DNA of 32,000 nucleotides from Candidatus Iainarchaeum sp. (GTDB taxonomy: Archaea > Iainarchaeota > Iainarchaeia > Iainarchaeales > CSSED10-239). The notes under the pieces were generated by a model that saw nothing but the letters and a program-made list of their open reading frames with translations, did not search any database and was not told where the DNA came from. This document shows positions 8,876 to 16,909 of the stretch, in pieces. The stretch is from positions 1 through 32,000 of the forward strand of contig JAQVTI010000001.1 of assembly GCA_028700115.1 (NCBI GenBank), in the 5' to 3' direction. The translations under genes were made by a program, and so were the position numbers. Each line of letters begins with the position of its first letter. Position 1 is the stretch's first letter.

Positions 8876-9024
8876 ATTTATTTCCTTAAATTTATTAAAT
8901 TAATATAATTTATTAAAAATTAAAAATATTCTATTAAAATACAAAAAAAATTAAAAAAATATAATAAATTATAATATAATAATAGTAAATACATTTAAAA
9001 TATTTATGATTAATAAAGATAAAT

Positions 9025-9399
9025 ATGAATATATTTTTAATCTCTGATGAAAAATTTAAAAACAAATTACCATTAATAAGATTTAATATAAATAAACATA
9101 CAACCTTTCTACCAACCTTTCAATTAGGAAAAATAGAAAAAGGAAGAAATATTAAAAAGATGTTTTTAGATAAAGATATAAATATTTTAGAAAAATGTGA
9201 TGCAATTTTAATATGTAATTTTGATAAAGGTAAATCTAAAAATAATATAGATTATTATTCACTAATGATTTGTTCAATTGCATATTATTTAAATAAAAAA
9301 ATATATTTATTATATAACCTACCAATTTCTAAAAATAAAAAAGAAATACAAGCATTTGATCCAATTTGTTTAGATGGTAACTTAAAGGGGATAATTTGA
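9025..9399 (+). CDS. Hypothetical protein; weak resemblance to nucleoside 2-deoxyribosyltransferase-like Rossmann proteins
   Basis: The segment EKCDAILICNFDKG...MICSIAYYLNKKIYLLYNLP loosely follows the pattern of that fold, but no catalytic motif was identified. It is translationally coupled to the downstream HAD gene by a 4-nt overlap. Confidence 0.45.
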   Translation: MNIFLISDEKFKNKLPLIRFNINKHTTFLPTFQLGKIEKGRNIKKMFLDKDINILEKCDAILICNFDKGKSKNNIDYYSLMICSIAYYLNKKIYLLYNLPISKNKKEIQAFDPICLDGNLKGII

Positions 9400-10028
9400 T
9401 TAAACTAATTGTTTTTGATTTATGGTCAACTCTTGCAACCAGAACAAATCCACATTATCATTTTTCTATAGAAATTAAAAATGAATTTAAACTAAAATTA
9501 GATGAAAATAAAATAATTAGTATATTTGAAGAAAGTGTTCAAACAAAATTTTGGGAAAATGAATATGATGCTTATAAAGAATTTACTAAAAATATTAAAA
9601 TCCCCCTAACTAAAAAAAATATTTTTAAAATAATAGAATTTAGAGAAAGAGCTGAAAAAAATATTAGACTTTATGACTTTACAATTAAACTACTTAAAAA
9701 ATTAAAAAAAAAAGGATATAAAATAGGTCTTTTAACAAACAGTTCTAGATTTATTTATGATTCTATAAAACAAAAAACAAATTTATTAGAATATATTGAT
9801 TATCCACTGTTTTCATATCAAGTAGGTCTAGTTAAACCCCAAGAATTATTTTATATTACAATACAAGAAAAAGCAAATATAAAAAACCCTAAAGAAATTT
9901 TAATGATAGGAGATAATTACGAAAAAGATTATAAAACTCCAAAAAGTTTAGGTTGGAATGCAATACATTTTAAAAACTCATATAATAATTTAAAAAAAGA
10001 ATTAGAAAAAAATAATATTAAAATTTAA
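9396..10028 (+). CDS. HAD-superfamily hydrolase (subfamily IA-like; haloacid dehalogenase/phosphatase type)
   Basis: Motif I is LIVFDLWSTL, where the second Asp is replaced as in the DxYGTL dehalogenase-type variants. Motif II is GLLTNSS and motif IV is MIGDNYEKD. Motif I starts at residue 8 and there is no in-frame ATG upstream, so a TTG start at 9396 is required. GGGGAT lies 3 nt upstream. Confidence 0.8.
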   Translation: MIKLIVFDLWSTLATRTNPHYHFSIEIKNEFKLKLDENKIISIFEESVQTKFWENEYDAYKEFTKNIKIPLTKKNIFKIIEFRERAEKNIRLYDFTIKLLKKLKKKGYKIGLLTNSSRFIYDSIKQKTNLLEYIDYPLFSYQVGLVKPQELFYITIQEKANIKNPKEILMIGDNYEKDYKTPKSLGWNAIHFKNSYNNLKKELEKNNIKI

Positions 10029-10102
10029 AAAAAATAAAAAAATATTTTTTATTAAAAAAAATATTTAAAAAAAGGTAAATGTTAAATAAATTAAATAAAT
10101 AT

Positions 10103-10294
10103 TTAAACTAAATTTACATTTACTGCTTTAGGACCTTTTTCACCGTCTTCAACTTCGAAAGTTACTGCAACGCCGTCTTTGATTCCTCTTTTGTCAATTA
10201 CTCCAGTTTCATGAACAAAATAGTCTTTACCATCTTCTCCACTTATAAAACCGAATCTTTTTTTGAAGTTATAAAACTTTATTGTACCGTTCAT
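10103..10294 (-). CDS. csp: Cold-shock domain protein (CspA family)
   Basis: The 63-aa protein covers a complete CSD: GTIKFYNFKKRFGFI (RNP1-like), DYFVHETGV (RNP2-like), and DGVAVTFEVEDGEKGPKAVNV. Confidence 0.9.
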   Translation of the reverse strand: MNGTIKFYNFKKRFGFISGEDGKDYFVHETGVIDKRGIKDGVAVTFEVEDGEKGPKAVNVNLV

Positions 10295-10615
10295 TTTTTA
10301 TTCACACTTTTTGTTATTATTATACTTTGGATAATATCTTATATAAAAATATTATTAGTATACAAAATATTTAAAGATAGGAAAGTTTATAAATAGATTT
10401 AAATTAAAAATAATTAATTTAATCTATTAATTAAGTTAATAAATACATTATATAATTTAGAAAATGCAAACCATTTTTTACCTAAATCTTTTAAAAATAC
10501 TTTTTAAAAAATCATATTTTATTCAAATTTTATTTTAAAGACACAAATTGGGACCTTTAATAATCATGCCCTGCACATAAAATATCTATTTCTAAATCTT
10601 TTAATTTATCTAAAG

Positions 10616-11335
10616 ATTCTTGTTAATGAAATTAATGAAAAAGGAGGAATTAATGGTAATAAATTAAATATAGTTTTTGAAGATGGTAAATGTAATAATA
10701 CATATTCAGTAAATTCAATTAATAAATTAATAAATATAGACAATACAAAAGTAGTAATTGGTGGAATTTGTTCATCTGAAACAATTGCAGCAGCACCAAT
10801 TGCAGAAAATAATAAAGTCATTTTATTTTCTCCTGCTTCAGGAAGTCCAAACATAACATATTCAGGAGAGTATATTTTTAGAAATATGGCAAGTGATGCA
10901 TATTCAGGTAAAAAAATTGCAGAAACTGCAGTACAAAATAAACATTTAAAAATAGCAATAATTACAGAAAACACAGAATATGCAATTTCACTTTCTAAAG
11001 TTTTTAGAGAACATTATAATAGATTAGGCGGAGAAATTGTAATTGAAGAAAAATTTGAAACAAATACAAATGATTTTAAAACAATTATTGCAAAAATAAA
11101 TTCAAAAGAAATAGATGCAATATATATAAACCCACAAACTCCACAAACATTTACAATTCTTTTAAAACAATTAAAAGAAAATGGAATTAACAAACAACTA
11201 TATGGAAATGAATATACAAGAAGTAAAGAAGTTTTAGAAAATTTTTCTAAAGAAATTGAAGGAATTATTTTTGCAGAAGCAAACTTTAATGAAAATGATG
11301 CTTTAACAAAATCTAGAACCTTTTATGGGATCTAA
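10616..11335 (+). pseudogene. livK: Truncated LivK-type periplasmic branched-chain amino-acid binding protein (lacks N-terminal signal/start and C-terminal third)
   Basis: This reading frame is open from 10508 with no ATG until 10886. From about 10616 it reads LVNEINEKGGINGNKLNIVFEDGKCNNTYSVNSINKLINIDNTKVVIGGICSSETIAAAPIAENNKVILFSPASGSPNITYSGEYIFRNMASDAYSG..., the typical Peripla_BP_6 core. The signal peptide and first strand are missing, and it ends prematurely at 11335, about 240 aa of similarity versus the 370+ I would expect from memory. Confidence 0.75.
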
Positions 11336-11555
11336 TTTAATGATTAAAGGATTTACTGGAGCTGTAATTGGTGGAATCACTTCAGTTCCCGGAGCAATTA
11401 TTGGATCTTTTCTTTTAGGAATTGTTGAAAATCTAGGAATTTGGTTTTTACCTTCTGGTTACAAGGATGCAATTGCATTTACATTATTATTTATATTTTT
11501 ATTATTTAAACCAAATGGAATTTTAGGAATAAATAAAGGACATAAGAAAGATTAA
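11307..11555 (+). pseudogene. livH: C-terminal fragment (about 75-80 aa) of a LivH-type ABC permease
   Basis: EPFMGSNLMIKGFTGAVIGGITSVPGAIIGSFLLGIVENLG...LLFKPNGILG matches only the last two helices of BPD_transp_2 permeases. The frame opens directly after a stop at 11304-11306 and overlaps the end of the livK fragment in another frame. Confidence 0.7.
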
Positions 11556-11557
11556 GA

Positions 11558-12430
11558 ATGATTTCAGCATATTTAATACATTTATTAATAATTATTTTAA
11601 TTCAATTAATCTTAAGTATGTCTTTACAAATTTCTATTGGATACAGTGGACTTTTAAACTTTGGACATATTGCATTTTATGCAATTGGAGCATATACTTC
11701 TGCTCTTTTAACAATTAATGGTTGTCCTTTTATATTAGCAATAATACTTGCAGGAATAATTCCTTGCATATTTGCATATATTCTATCTATTCCTACAAAT
11801 AAACTAAAAGGAGATTATTTAGGTCTTGCAACAATTGGTTTTTCTTTTTTAATATATGCAGTTTTAATTAATTGGATTGATTTAACAAGAGGACCTTTAG
11901 GAATTCCTGGAATTCCAAAACCTGAAATTTTAGGAATTGTATTTAATAGTAATATTTTATTTTTAATACTTACAATTGTTTTTACAATTTTAAGTTTGTT
12001 TATAATAAATAAAATTATAAAATCTAAATTTGGTTTATTACTTCAAGCAACAAGAGATGATGAAATTGCAGTTAAGTCTTTAGGAAAAAATACTTTTAAA
12101 ATAAAAACAATAGGACTTATGCTTTCTGCTTTTTTTGCAGGAATTGCAGGATCTTTATTTACTCATTTTATAACTTTTATAGATCCTTCTTCTTTTACAT
12201 TTATGGCATTAATCCCAGTTATTTCAATTATAATAGTTGGAGGGTTAGCATCTATTAAAGGAACTATTATTGCAACAGTTGTTTTGACATTAATTCCAGA
12301 AATATTAAGATTTGTAGGACTACCTTCTTCTTTAGTTGGTCCTGGTAGACAAATAATATATGCTTTGATTTTAATTATTATTTTAATATATTTCCCAAAA
12401 GGATTTTATGGAAAAGTAGAATTAGAATAA
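11558..12430 (+). CDS. livM: LivM-type branched-chain amino-acid ABC transporter permease (apparently full length)
   Basis: The N-terminus LSMSLQISIGYSGLLNFGHIAFYAIGAYTSALL and the C-terminus ILIYFPKGFYG fit the full BPD_transp_2/LivM pattern. There are multiple TM segments throughout and the size is about the core length I would expect. Confidence 0.8.
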   Translation: MISAYLIHLLIIILIQLILSMSLQISIGYSGLLNFGHIAFYAIGAYTSALLTINGCPFILAIILAGIIPCIFAYILSIPTNKLKGDYLGLATIGFSFLIYAVLINWIDLTRGPLGIPGIPKPEILGIVFNSNILFLILTIVFTILSLFIINKIIKSKFGLLLQATRDDEIAVKSLGKNTFKIKTIGLMLSAFFAGIAGSLFTHFITFIDPSSFTFMALIPVISIIIVGGLASIKGTIIATVVLTLIPEILRFVGLPSSLVGPGRQIIYALILIIILIYFPKGFYGKVELE

Positions 12431-12435
12431 ATAAA

Positions 12436-12490
12436 AACTTAACGCCGAAAAACAGCAAAAAACTATTTTTATAAAGATTTCGGCGTTAAA
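12436..12490 (+). repeat. 55-bp hairpin repeat, copy 1 (attC-like), between livM and fic
   Basis: AACTTAACGCCGAAAAACAGCAAAAAACTATTTTTATAAAGATTTCGGCGTTAAA. There is a perfect 12-bp inverted repeat: TTAACGCCGAAA (12439-12450) and TTTCGGCGTTAA (12478-12489), with a 27-nt loop. It is GC-rich relative to its surroundings. Confidence 0.9.
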
Positions 12491-12497
12491 TATATTT

Positions 12498-13460
12498 ATG
12501 TATTTAACTAAAAAAGTAATTAATGAAAAAACATATTTTTATCTTGAAGAAAAAATTAATAATAAAACAATAAATACATTCATAGGTGTAAATAAAATTA
12601 AAGATCCTAAAAAATTTAAAGAAATATTAAAAAAGCATAGATTAAACATTATTCTTAAAAAAATAAAAAATTCAAAAAAACAAAAATATATATCTACAAT
12701 TGAATTAATAGAACTTGAAAAAATAAAATATAATTTAAAATTATTAAAAAAATATTTTAAAGAAACATATAAACAATATAATGAAAATGAATATATACGT
12801 TATGCACAAGGAAGTGCAACTATAGAAGGAAACTCAATAAATTTACAAGAAGCCACATTAATTATTAATGAAAATTTAACAATTAGTGGTAAAACAATAA
12901 ATGAGGTTAAAGAAATACAAAACCTAAAAAATACTAGAAAAATAATAGATAAACTTCCAGAAATTACAGAAAAATTAATAAAAAAAATACATAAACAAAT
13001 AATGGATTCTTTTAAAGATAAAAACCCAGGAGAATATAGAAAAATACCAATATATGTTACAGGATCAAATATTAAAAGAACAAATTATAAAAATATATCT
13101 AAAGAAATAAATAAATTATTAGAATGGTATAATAAAAATAAAAAAATATTACATCCTATAGAATTAACAGCAATATTTCATATTTGGTTTGAAAATATAC
13201 ATCCATTTATAGATGGAAATGGAAGAGTTGGTAGAGAATTATTAAATTTAATTTTGTTAAAAAACGACTATCCAAGAATAATAATTAATTTAAAAAATAG
13301 ACAAGAATATATATCAATTTTAGAAAATTTACAAATAAAAGGTAAAAAAGAATATATTCAATTTTCTAAATTCATTTATAATTTATTATTAGATAAATCA
13401 AAGGAAATAGAAGAAGAAATTAATAATAATATAGAATTAATTTTAAACAAAATAACTTAA
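12498..13460 (+). CDS. fic: Fic-domain protein (AMPylase family), class II type with an intramolecular inhibitory motif
   Basis: The canonical Fic active-site motif HPFIDGNGRVGR (13200-13235) fits HxFx(D/E)GNGRxxR. Upstream, SATIEG (12813-12830) fits the inhibitory (S/T)xxxE(G/N) motif. No SD-like motif precedes the ATG. Confidence 0.9.
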   Translation: MYLTKKVINEKTYFYLEEKINNKTINTFIGVNKIKDPKKFKEILKKHRLNIILKKIKNSKKQKYISTIELIELEKIKYNLKLLKKYFKETYKQYNENEYIRYAQGSATIEGNSINLQEATLIINENLTISGKTINEVKEIQNLKNTRKIIDKLPEITEKLIKKIHKQIMDSFKDKNPGEYRKIPIYVTGSNIKRTNYKNISKEINKLLEWYNKNKKILHPIELTAIFHIWFENIHPFIDGNGRVGRELLNLILLKNDYPRIIINLKNRQEYISILENLQIKGKKEYIQFSKFIYNLLLDKSKEIEEEINNNIELILNKIT

Positions 13461-13508
13461 CGCCGAAAAACAGCAAAAAACTATTTTTGTAAAGATTTCG
13501 GCGTTAAA
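13454..13508 (+). repeat. 55-bp hairpin repeat, copy 2 (attC-like), between fic and the 3' end of gltX
   Basis: It is 54/55 identical to copy 1; the only difference is G at 13489 versus A at 12471. The fic stop codon (13458-13460) lies inside the repeat. Confidence 0.9.
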
Positions 13509-13539
13509 CAAATTTTTAAAAATAAAAAGAATTTACACA

Positions 13540-15243
13540 TTAATGTGTAAACCAGAAATTATAAACTTTATTTCCATCAACTTCTTCAATTGAATCAAGT
13601 CTACAAAAACCAAATCTCTCAAACTGAATAACTTCTCCAACTTCTAATTGAGAAATATGCTTTTCTGCTTTTGTTTTAATTAATTCATGCTCTGGAGTAA
13701 AAACAGTTACATCAACTAATTGAGAATTATCTTTTGGAAGAAAATGTATTATTTTCTTATTTGAATTTTCTTCTTTTTTAAAATCCATATAATCAATTGA
13801 TTCAAATTCTAGATTATCTAAATCTTTAAATCTAAAATTTAGATTATCCATAAGTCTAATTAATTGTCCTTCTTTAAAAGAATCAAAATCTTCCTTTTCA
13901 ATCAAATAAGTTCCATTTGAAACAAAATCTCTTTTTCCTAAATCTAAATTAGGATGAACTGAAAGAGAATATTTTTGTTTAGGATCATTTTTAATAATAA
14001 TTTCAATTGGATCTTTAACTAAGAAAAATCTTTTTGAAGTATCATTTAAAACTCTTTTATTGCATTTGATTAAAGAATCCCAAGTTAAAGTTGAACCAGA
14101 AGACTTAGTTATTCCTGTCTCAACTAACATATCCTCCATTGCCTTTGGAGAAAAACCTCTTCTTTTTAGAGATGTAAGTGTTGGTAGAGATGGGTCATCC
14201 CAACCAATAAGTTCACCAGATTCAACTTTTTCTCTAATAACTCTACCAGAAGAAAGCATTCCTTCTAGATTAAGTCTAGAAAATTCATATGTAGTTGTAT
14301 CATATAAACCTAATAATTTTCTAATATAATGATGAAGTTCAGAAGCCATTTCAAACTCAACTGTTCTTAATCTATGAGTTACTCCAAAATAACCATCTAA
14401 AACTGAGTTTTGGAAATCATATGTAGGAAATAATCTAAATTTATAACCATGCCTTGGATGTTCTGCATCAATTATTCTAAATATTGTTGGATCTCTCATT
14501 CTTGCGTTTTTGTGAGACATATCAATTTTAAGTCTTAGAGAAGCTTTTCCTTCTTCCATGTCCTTTTTCATTTTCTCCCAATCAATTAGATTTTCCTGAG
14601 GAGATTTATTTCTACAAGCACAGCTTTGTTTTTTGTTTCTGTTTTCAGACATTTCTTCAGGGGAACAAAAACAAACATATGCTTGGTTTTTTATAATTAA
14701 TTTTTCTGCAAAATCTATTAATGTTTGAATATGGTCTGATGCATAAATTAATTTATCCCATTTAACACCAAGCCAAGAAATATCATCTTGCATAACTTGA
14801 TAAAACTCTGGTTTTACATTTTTTGGATTTGTATCTTCAAATCTTAAATGAAATTTCCCATTATATTGTTTTGCAAGTAAATAGTTAAGTAAAATACCTT
14901 TAGCATGACCTATATGATAGTGCTTTTCAGGAGAAGGCGGAAAAGCAGAAACAACTTTTTCTCCTTCTTTAATATTTAAAAATGCAAAAATATTTCTTTC
15001 TTCTTTTTCTTTATTAAAAAAACCAGGATTAATTTTTTTAAGTTCTTCTTTTTGCTCATCTAATGATAATTTATTTATTTCATCTACAATTGGAGACAAA
15101 ACTTCTTTAAGTTCATTTATCTTAGATCTCCATTCTGGAAAATCTTTTAAGATAGCACCAAATATGAATTTCACATTAGCATCTCCTTTATGCTTGATTG
15201 CATTTTCTAATATTTTTTCTTTAAATTTTAAATTATCATCCAT
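13540..15243 (-). CDS. gltX: Glutamyl-tRNA synthetase, archaeal/eukaryotic type
   Basis: HIGH-type motif YHIGHAKG followed by LRFEDTNP. The archaeal-type N-terminal helical extension is present (ENAIKHKGDANVKFIFGAIL..., compare the archaeal GluRS LLNAVKHRGRANPGAVMG segment as recalled). The Cys cluster CFCSPEE...CACRN is present. Confidence 0.93.
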   Translation of the reverse strand: MDDNLKFKEKILENAIKHKGDANVKFIFGAILKDFPEWRSKINELKEVLSPIVDEINKLSLDEQKEELKKINPGFFNKEKEERNIFAFLNIKEGEKVVSAFPPSPEKHYHIGHAKGILLNYLLAKQYNGKFHLRFEDTNPKNVKPEFYQVMQDDISWLGVKWDKLIYASDHIQTLIDFAEKLIIKNQAYVCFCSPEEMSENRNKKQSCACRNKSPQENLIDWEKMKKDMEEGKASLRLKIDMSHKNARMRDPTIFRIIDAEHPRHGYKFRLFPTYDFQNSVLDGYFGVTHRLRTVEFEMASELHHYIRKLLGLYDTTTYEFSRLNLEGMLSSGRVIREKVESGELIGWDDPSLPTLTSLKRRGFSPKAMEDMLVETGITKSSGSTLTWDSLIKCNKRVLNDTSKRFFLVKDPIEIIIKNDPKQKYSLSVHPNLDLGKRDFVSNGTYLIEKEDFDSFKEGQLIRLMDNLNFRFKDLDNLEFESIDYMDFKKEENSNKKIIHFLPKDNSQLVDVTVFTPEHELIKTKAEKHISQLEVGEVIQFERFGFCRLDSIEEVDGNKVYNFWFTH

Positions 15244-15249
15244 ATTTAA

Positions 15250-15516
15250 TCATTTTAAAATATATTTATCTAAATCCTCTACAGTTTTAAATTTAACCCC
15301 TGAGCCAGGTTTATAAATTTTATCCCCTTCTTTTATTTTTTTAATAAAGTCAGGTTTTAATTCTGGTTTAAGCTCATTTTCATCATAATATCTAACTAAA
15401 AATGAAATAGTTTCAGATATATTTTTTAAATTATTTTTAGCTTTTATAATATTTAAAGTTTGATTTATATCTTCAGACAAATTCACCAATATTTTCATAA
15501 AAACCACAAATATCAT
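15250..15516 (-). CDS. Small protein with a ribbon-helix-helix (CopG-like) N-terminal pattern; function unknown
   Basis: MKILVNLSEDINQTLNIIKAKNNLKNISETISFLVRYY fits a strand-helix-helix layout. The likely true start is ATG at 15498 (M7 of the track ORF), preceded by GTGGT (15507-15503) with a 4-nt spacer. It ends 7 nt before the gltX start. Confidence 0.45.
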   Translation of the reverse strand: MIFVVFMKILVNLSEDINQTLNIIKAKNNLKNISETISFLVRYYDENELKPELKPDFIKKIKEGDKIYKPGSGVKFKTVEDLDKYILK

Positions 15517-15588
15517 AAAATAATAAAATATTCACAAATTTAGTACATTTTTACTAAAAATGTAAACAATAATAATTTTTCAAAGAAT

Positions 15589-16623
15589 CTATTCTTCAGG
15601 ATATGCTTCTTTGATAATTTCTTCTTTTCCTACAAACTTTTGTCTAATTGGTTCTAAAAGTTTATCAACTTCAACAGAGACTCCTTGCTTTAAATCCATT
15701 GGATGTAGATCTTTTGAAATAAAAGCCTTCTCTAAGTCCTCTTGTGTCTTAAATCTTAAAGACCCACCCCATTTTTCAGGTCTATCAATTACAAACTCTT
15801 CATTTTTGTCTTGCTTTTGAGTCATAATTAACAGTTTAGCAAAGTCTAAAACTCCATTCTCTGGATTTCCTTCTTCACAGTATGCTTTTTTCATTTTTTG
15901 CTTAATTGTATCTAAATTATCAATTAAGTCAATTTTTGAAGCTTTGTTTGAAGAAGACATCTTACCATCTGGAGTAAGTCCTCTAATAAAAGGAATCATT
16001 ACTTCAACTCTTGGTTTATATCCTAATTTAGGTAAAAACTCTCTTGCTAGAACAAATATTTTTCTTTGATCAATTGCTCCTAATTGAACATCTGCATCTA
16101 AATACACTTCATCAAGTGCTTGAAGTAATGGATATAATATCCCAGAAAGCTTAGGACTATCTTTTTGTTTTACAACATCACTTGATGCTTTTTCTGCATT
16201 TCTAATTGTTACTTCTGATGATAATTTATATAAATCTAGAACATATTCTTTAGATAATTGAAAATCAGATCCTTTAACTATTTCAAAGTTATCTAGGTTT
16301 CCACCTAAAGCTTCAATCATTCCAGTTATAACTATACTATAATATTTATATCTCTTTTCTAATAAATCCCAAGGAGTATTATCTAATGCACCATGTAAGT
16401 CTGCAAGTAAAACTTTAACTTTAAAACCAGCGTTTAAAAAGTCATTTAATTTTTGAGCCCATGTAAAATAACCAATATGTGGTCTACCTGTAACTGATGT
16501 TCCAAGATACACAACAGGTTGTTTTTTTTCTTCTAAAAGCTTTCTTAGTTCTTCTTCTGAAATAATTTCTTGTGTATTTCTTTTTATTAAATTTATTTTT
16601 TCATCTATATTCATTTCAATCAC
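15589..16623 (-). CDS. tyrS: Tyrosyl-tRNA synthetase, archaeal type
   Basis: It closely parallels the M. jannaschii TyrRS sequence as I recall it: LIKRNTQEIISEEELRKLL, the HIGH variant GRPHIGY, KMSSS, RPEKWGGSL, LHPMDLK and LLEPIRQKF. The track start is GTG at 16623. The likely start is ATG at 16614, preceded by GTGAT (16623-16619). Confidence 0.95.
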   Translation of the reverse strand: MIEMNIDEKINLIKRNTQEIISEEELRKLLEEKKQPVVYLGTSVTGRPHIGYFTWAQKLNDFLNAGFKVKVLLADLHGALDNTPWDLLEKRYKYYSIVITGMIEALGGNLDNFEIVKGSDFQLSKEYVLDLYKLSSEVTIRNAEKASSDVVKQKDSPKLSGILYPLLQALDEVYLDADVQLGAIDQRKIFVLAREFLPKLGYKPRVEVMIPFIRGLTPDGKMSSSNKASKIDLIDNLDTIKQKMKKAYCEEGNPENGVLDFAKLLIMTQKQDKNEEFVIDRPEKWGGSLRFKTQEDLEKAFISKDLHPMDLKQGVSVEVDKLLEPIRQKFVGKEEIIKEAYPEE

Positions 16624-16710
16624 AGATTTTATATTTTATATATAATATATAATTAAAAACATATAAATAGCTATATTTTTAAAAAAATAAATAGATTTTT
16701 TAAAAATTTA

Positions 16711-16729
16711 TAAAAATAAAAAAAAATAG
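16711..16729 (-). terminator. Oligo-T tract immediately after tRNA-Asn (archaeal-type terminator)
   Basis: On the minus strand the tRNA 3' end is followed by CTA TTTTTTTTT ATTTTT (the T9 run is + strand A9 at 16718-16726). Confidence 0.45.
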
Positions 16730-16801
16730 CGCCTCGAGTAGGATTTGAACCTACGACCTATCGGTTAACAGCCGATTGCTCCGCCACTAAGCTACCGAGG
16801 C
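16730..16801 (-). tRNA. tRNA-Asn (anticodon GUU), no encoded CCA
   Basis: The minus-strand sequence is GCCTCGGTAGCTTAGTGGCGGAGCAATCGGCTGTTAACCGATAGGTCGTAGGTTCAAATCCTACTCGAGGCG. It folds by hand into a cloverleaf: acceptor GCCTCGG/TCGAGGC, D stem GCTT/GAGC, anticodon stem ATCGG/CCGAT with loop CTGTTAA, T arm GTAGG-TTCAAAT-CCTAC, and discriminator G. It is a GC-rich island in AT-rich DNA. Confidence 0.9.
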
Positions 16802-16909
16802 ATATTAGATTATCAATATTTAAATATTTTAAAAATAGTTTTTAATCTATAAATAAATATATAAACTAAAAGTATTTAAATATAACTCTATAGCTTAAAA
16901 ATCTAAAAA

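Noticed and set aside
10211-10396. 61-aa +strand ORF overlapping the csp gene start.
   Set aside because: It overlaps the well-supported cold-shock gene on the opposite strand and extends into AT-rich intergenic DNA, with no supporting signal.
10482-10604. 13-bp direct repeat CTAAATCTTTTAA (10482-10494 and 10592-10604) near the 5' truncation point of livK.
   Set aside because: It is short and low-complexity in about 75% A+T DNA, so a chance match is plausible. There is no associated inverted repeat or mobile-element gene.
10606-10974. 122-aa minus-strand ORF.
   Set aside because: It is antisense to the LivK-like frame, which carries unmistakable family similarity. It is a shadow ORF.
12436-13508. 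Possibility that the two 55-bp repeats are a minimal CRISPR array or IS terminal repeats.
   Set aside because: There are only two copies, they are direct rather than inverted relative to each other, and they are separated by 963 bp containing a complete fic ORF. There is no transposase or cas gene. CRISPR and IS interpretations do not fit. The plain terminator/REP alternative is kept open in the finding.
14060-14329. 89-aa +strand ORF inside gltX. The same judgement applies to 15611-15820 inside tyrS, 18394-18588 inside trm5, 29544-29735 inside the 474-aa ORF, and 29932-30132 inside the charged-protein ORF.
   Set aside because: All are antisense to longer ORFs with motif support or better coding character. 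I treat them as shadow ORFs.
16802-16909. TATA-box/BRE promoter calls, for example TTTAAATA upstream of tRNA-Asn and similar elements in other intergenic regions.
   Set aside because: TATA-like octamers occur almost everywhere in this composition, so they have no discriminating power without transcription start data. They are not reported as features.
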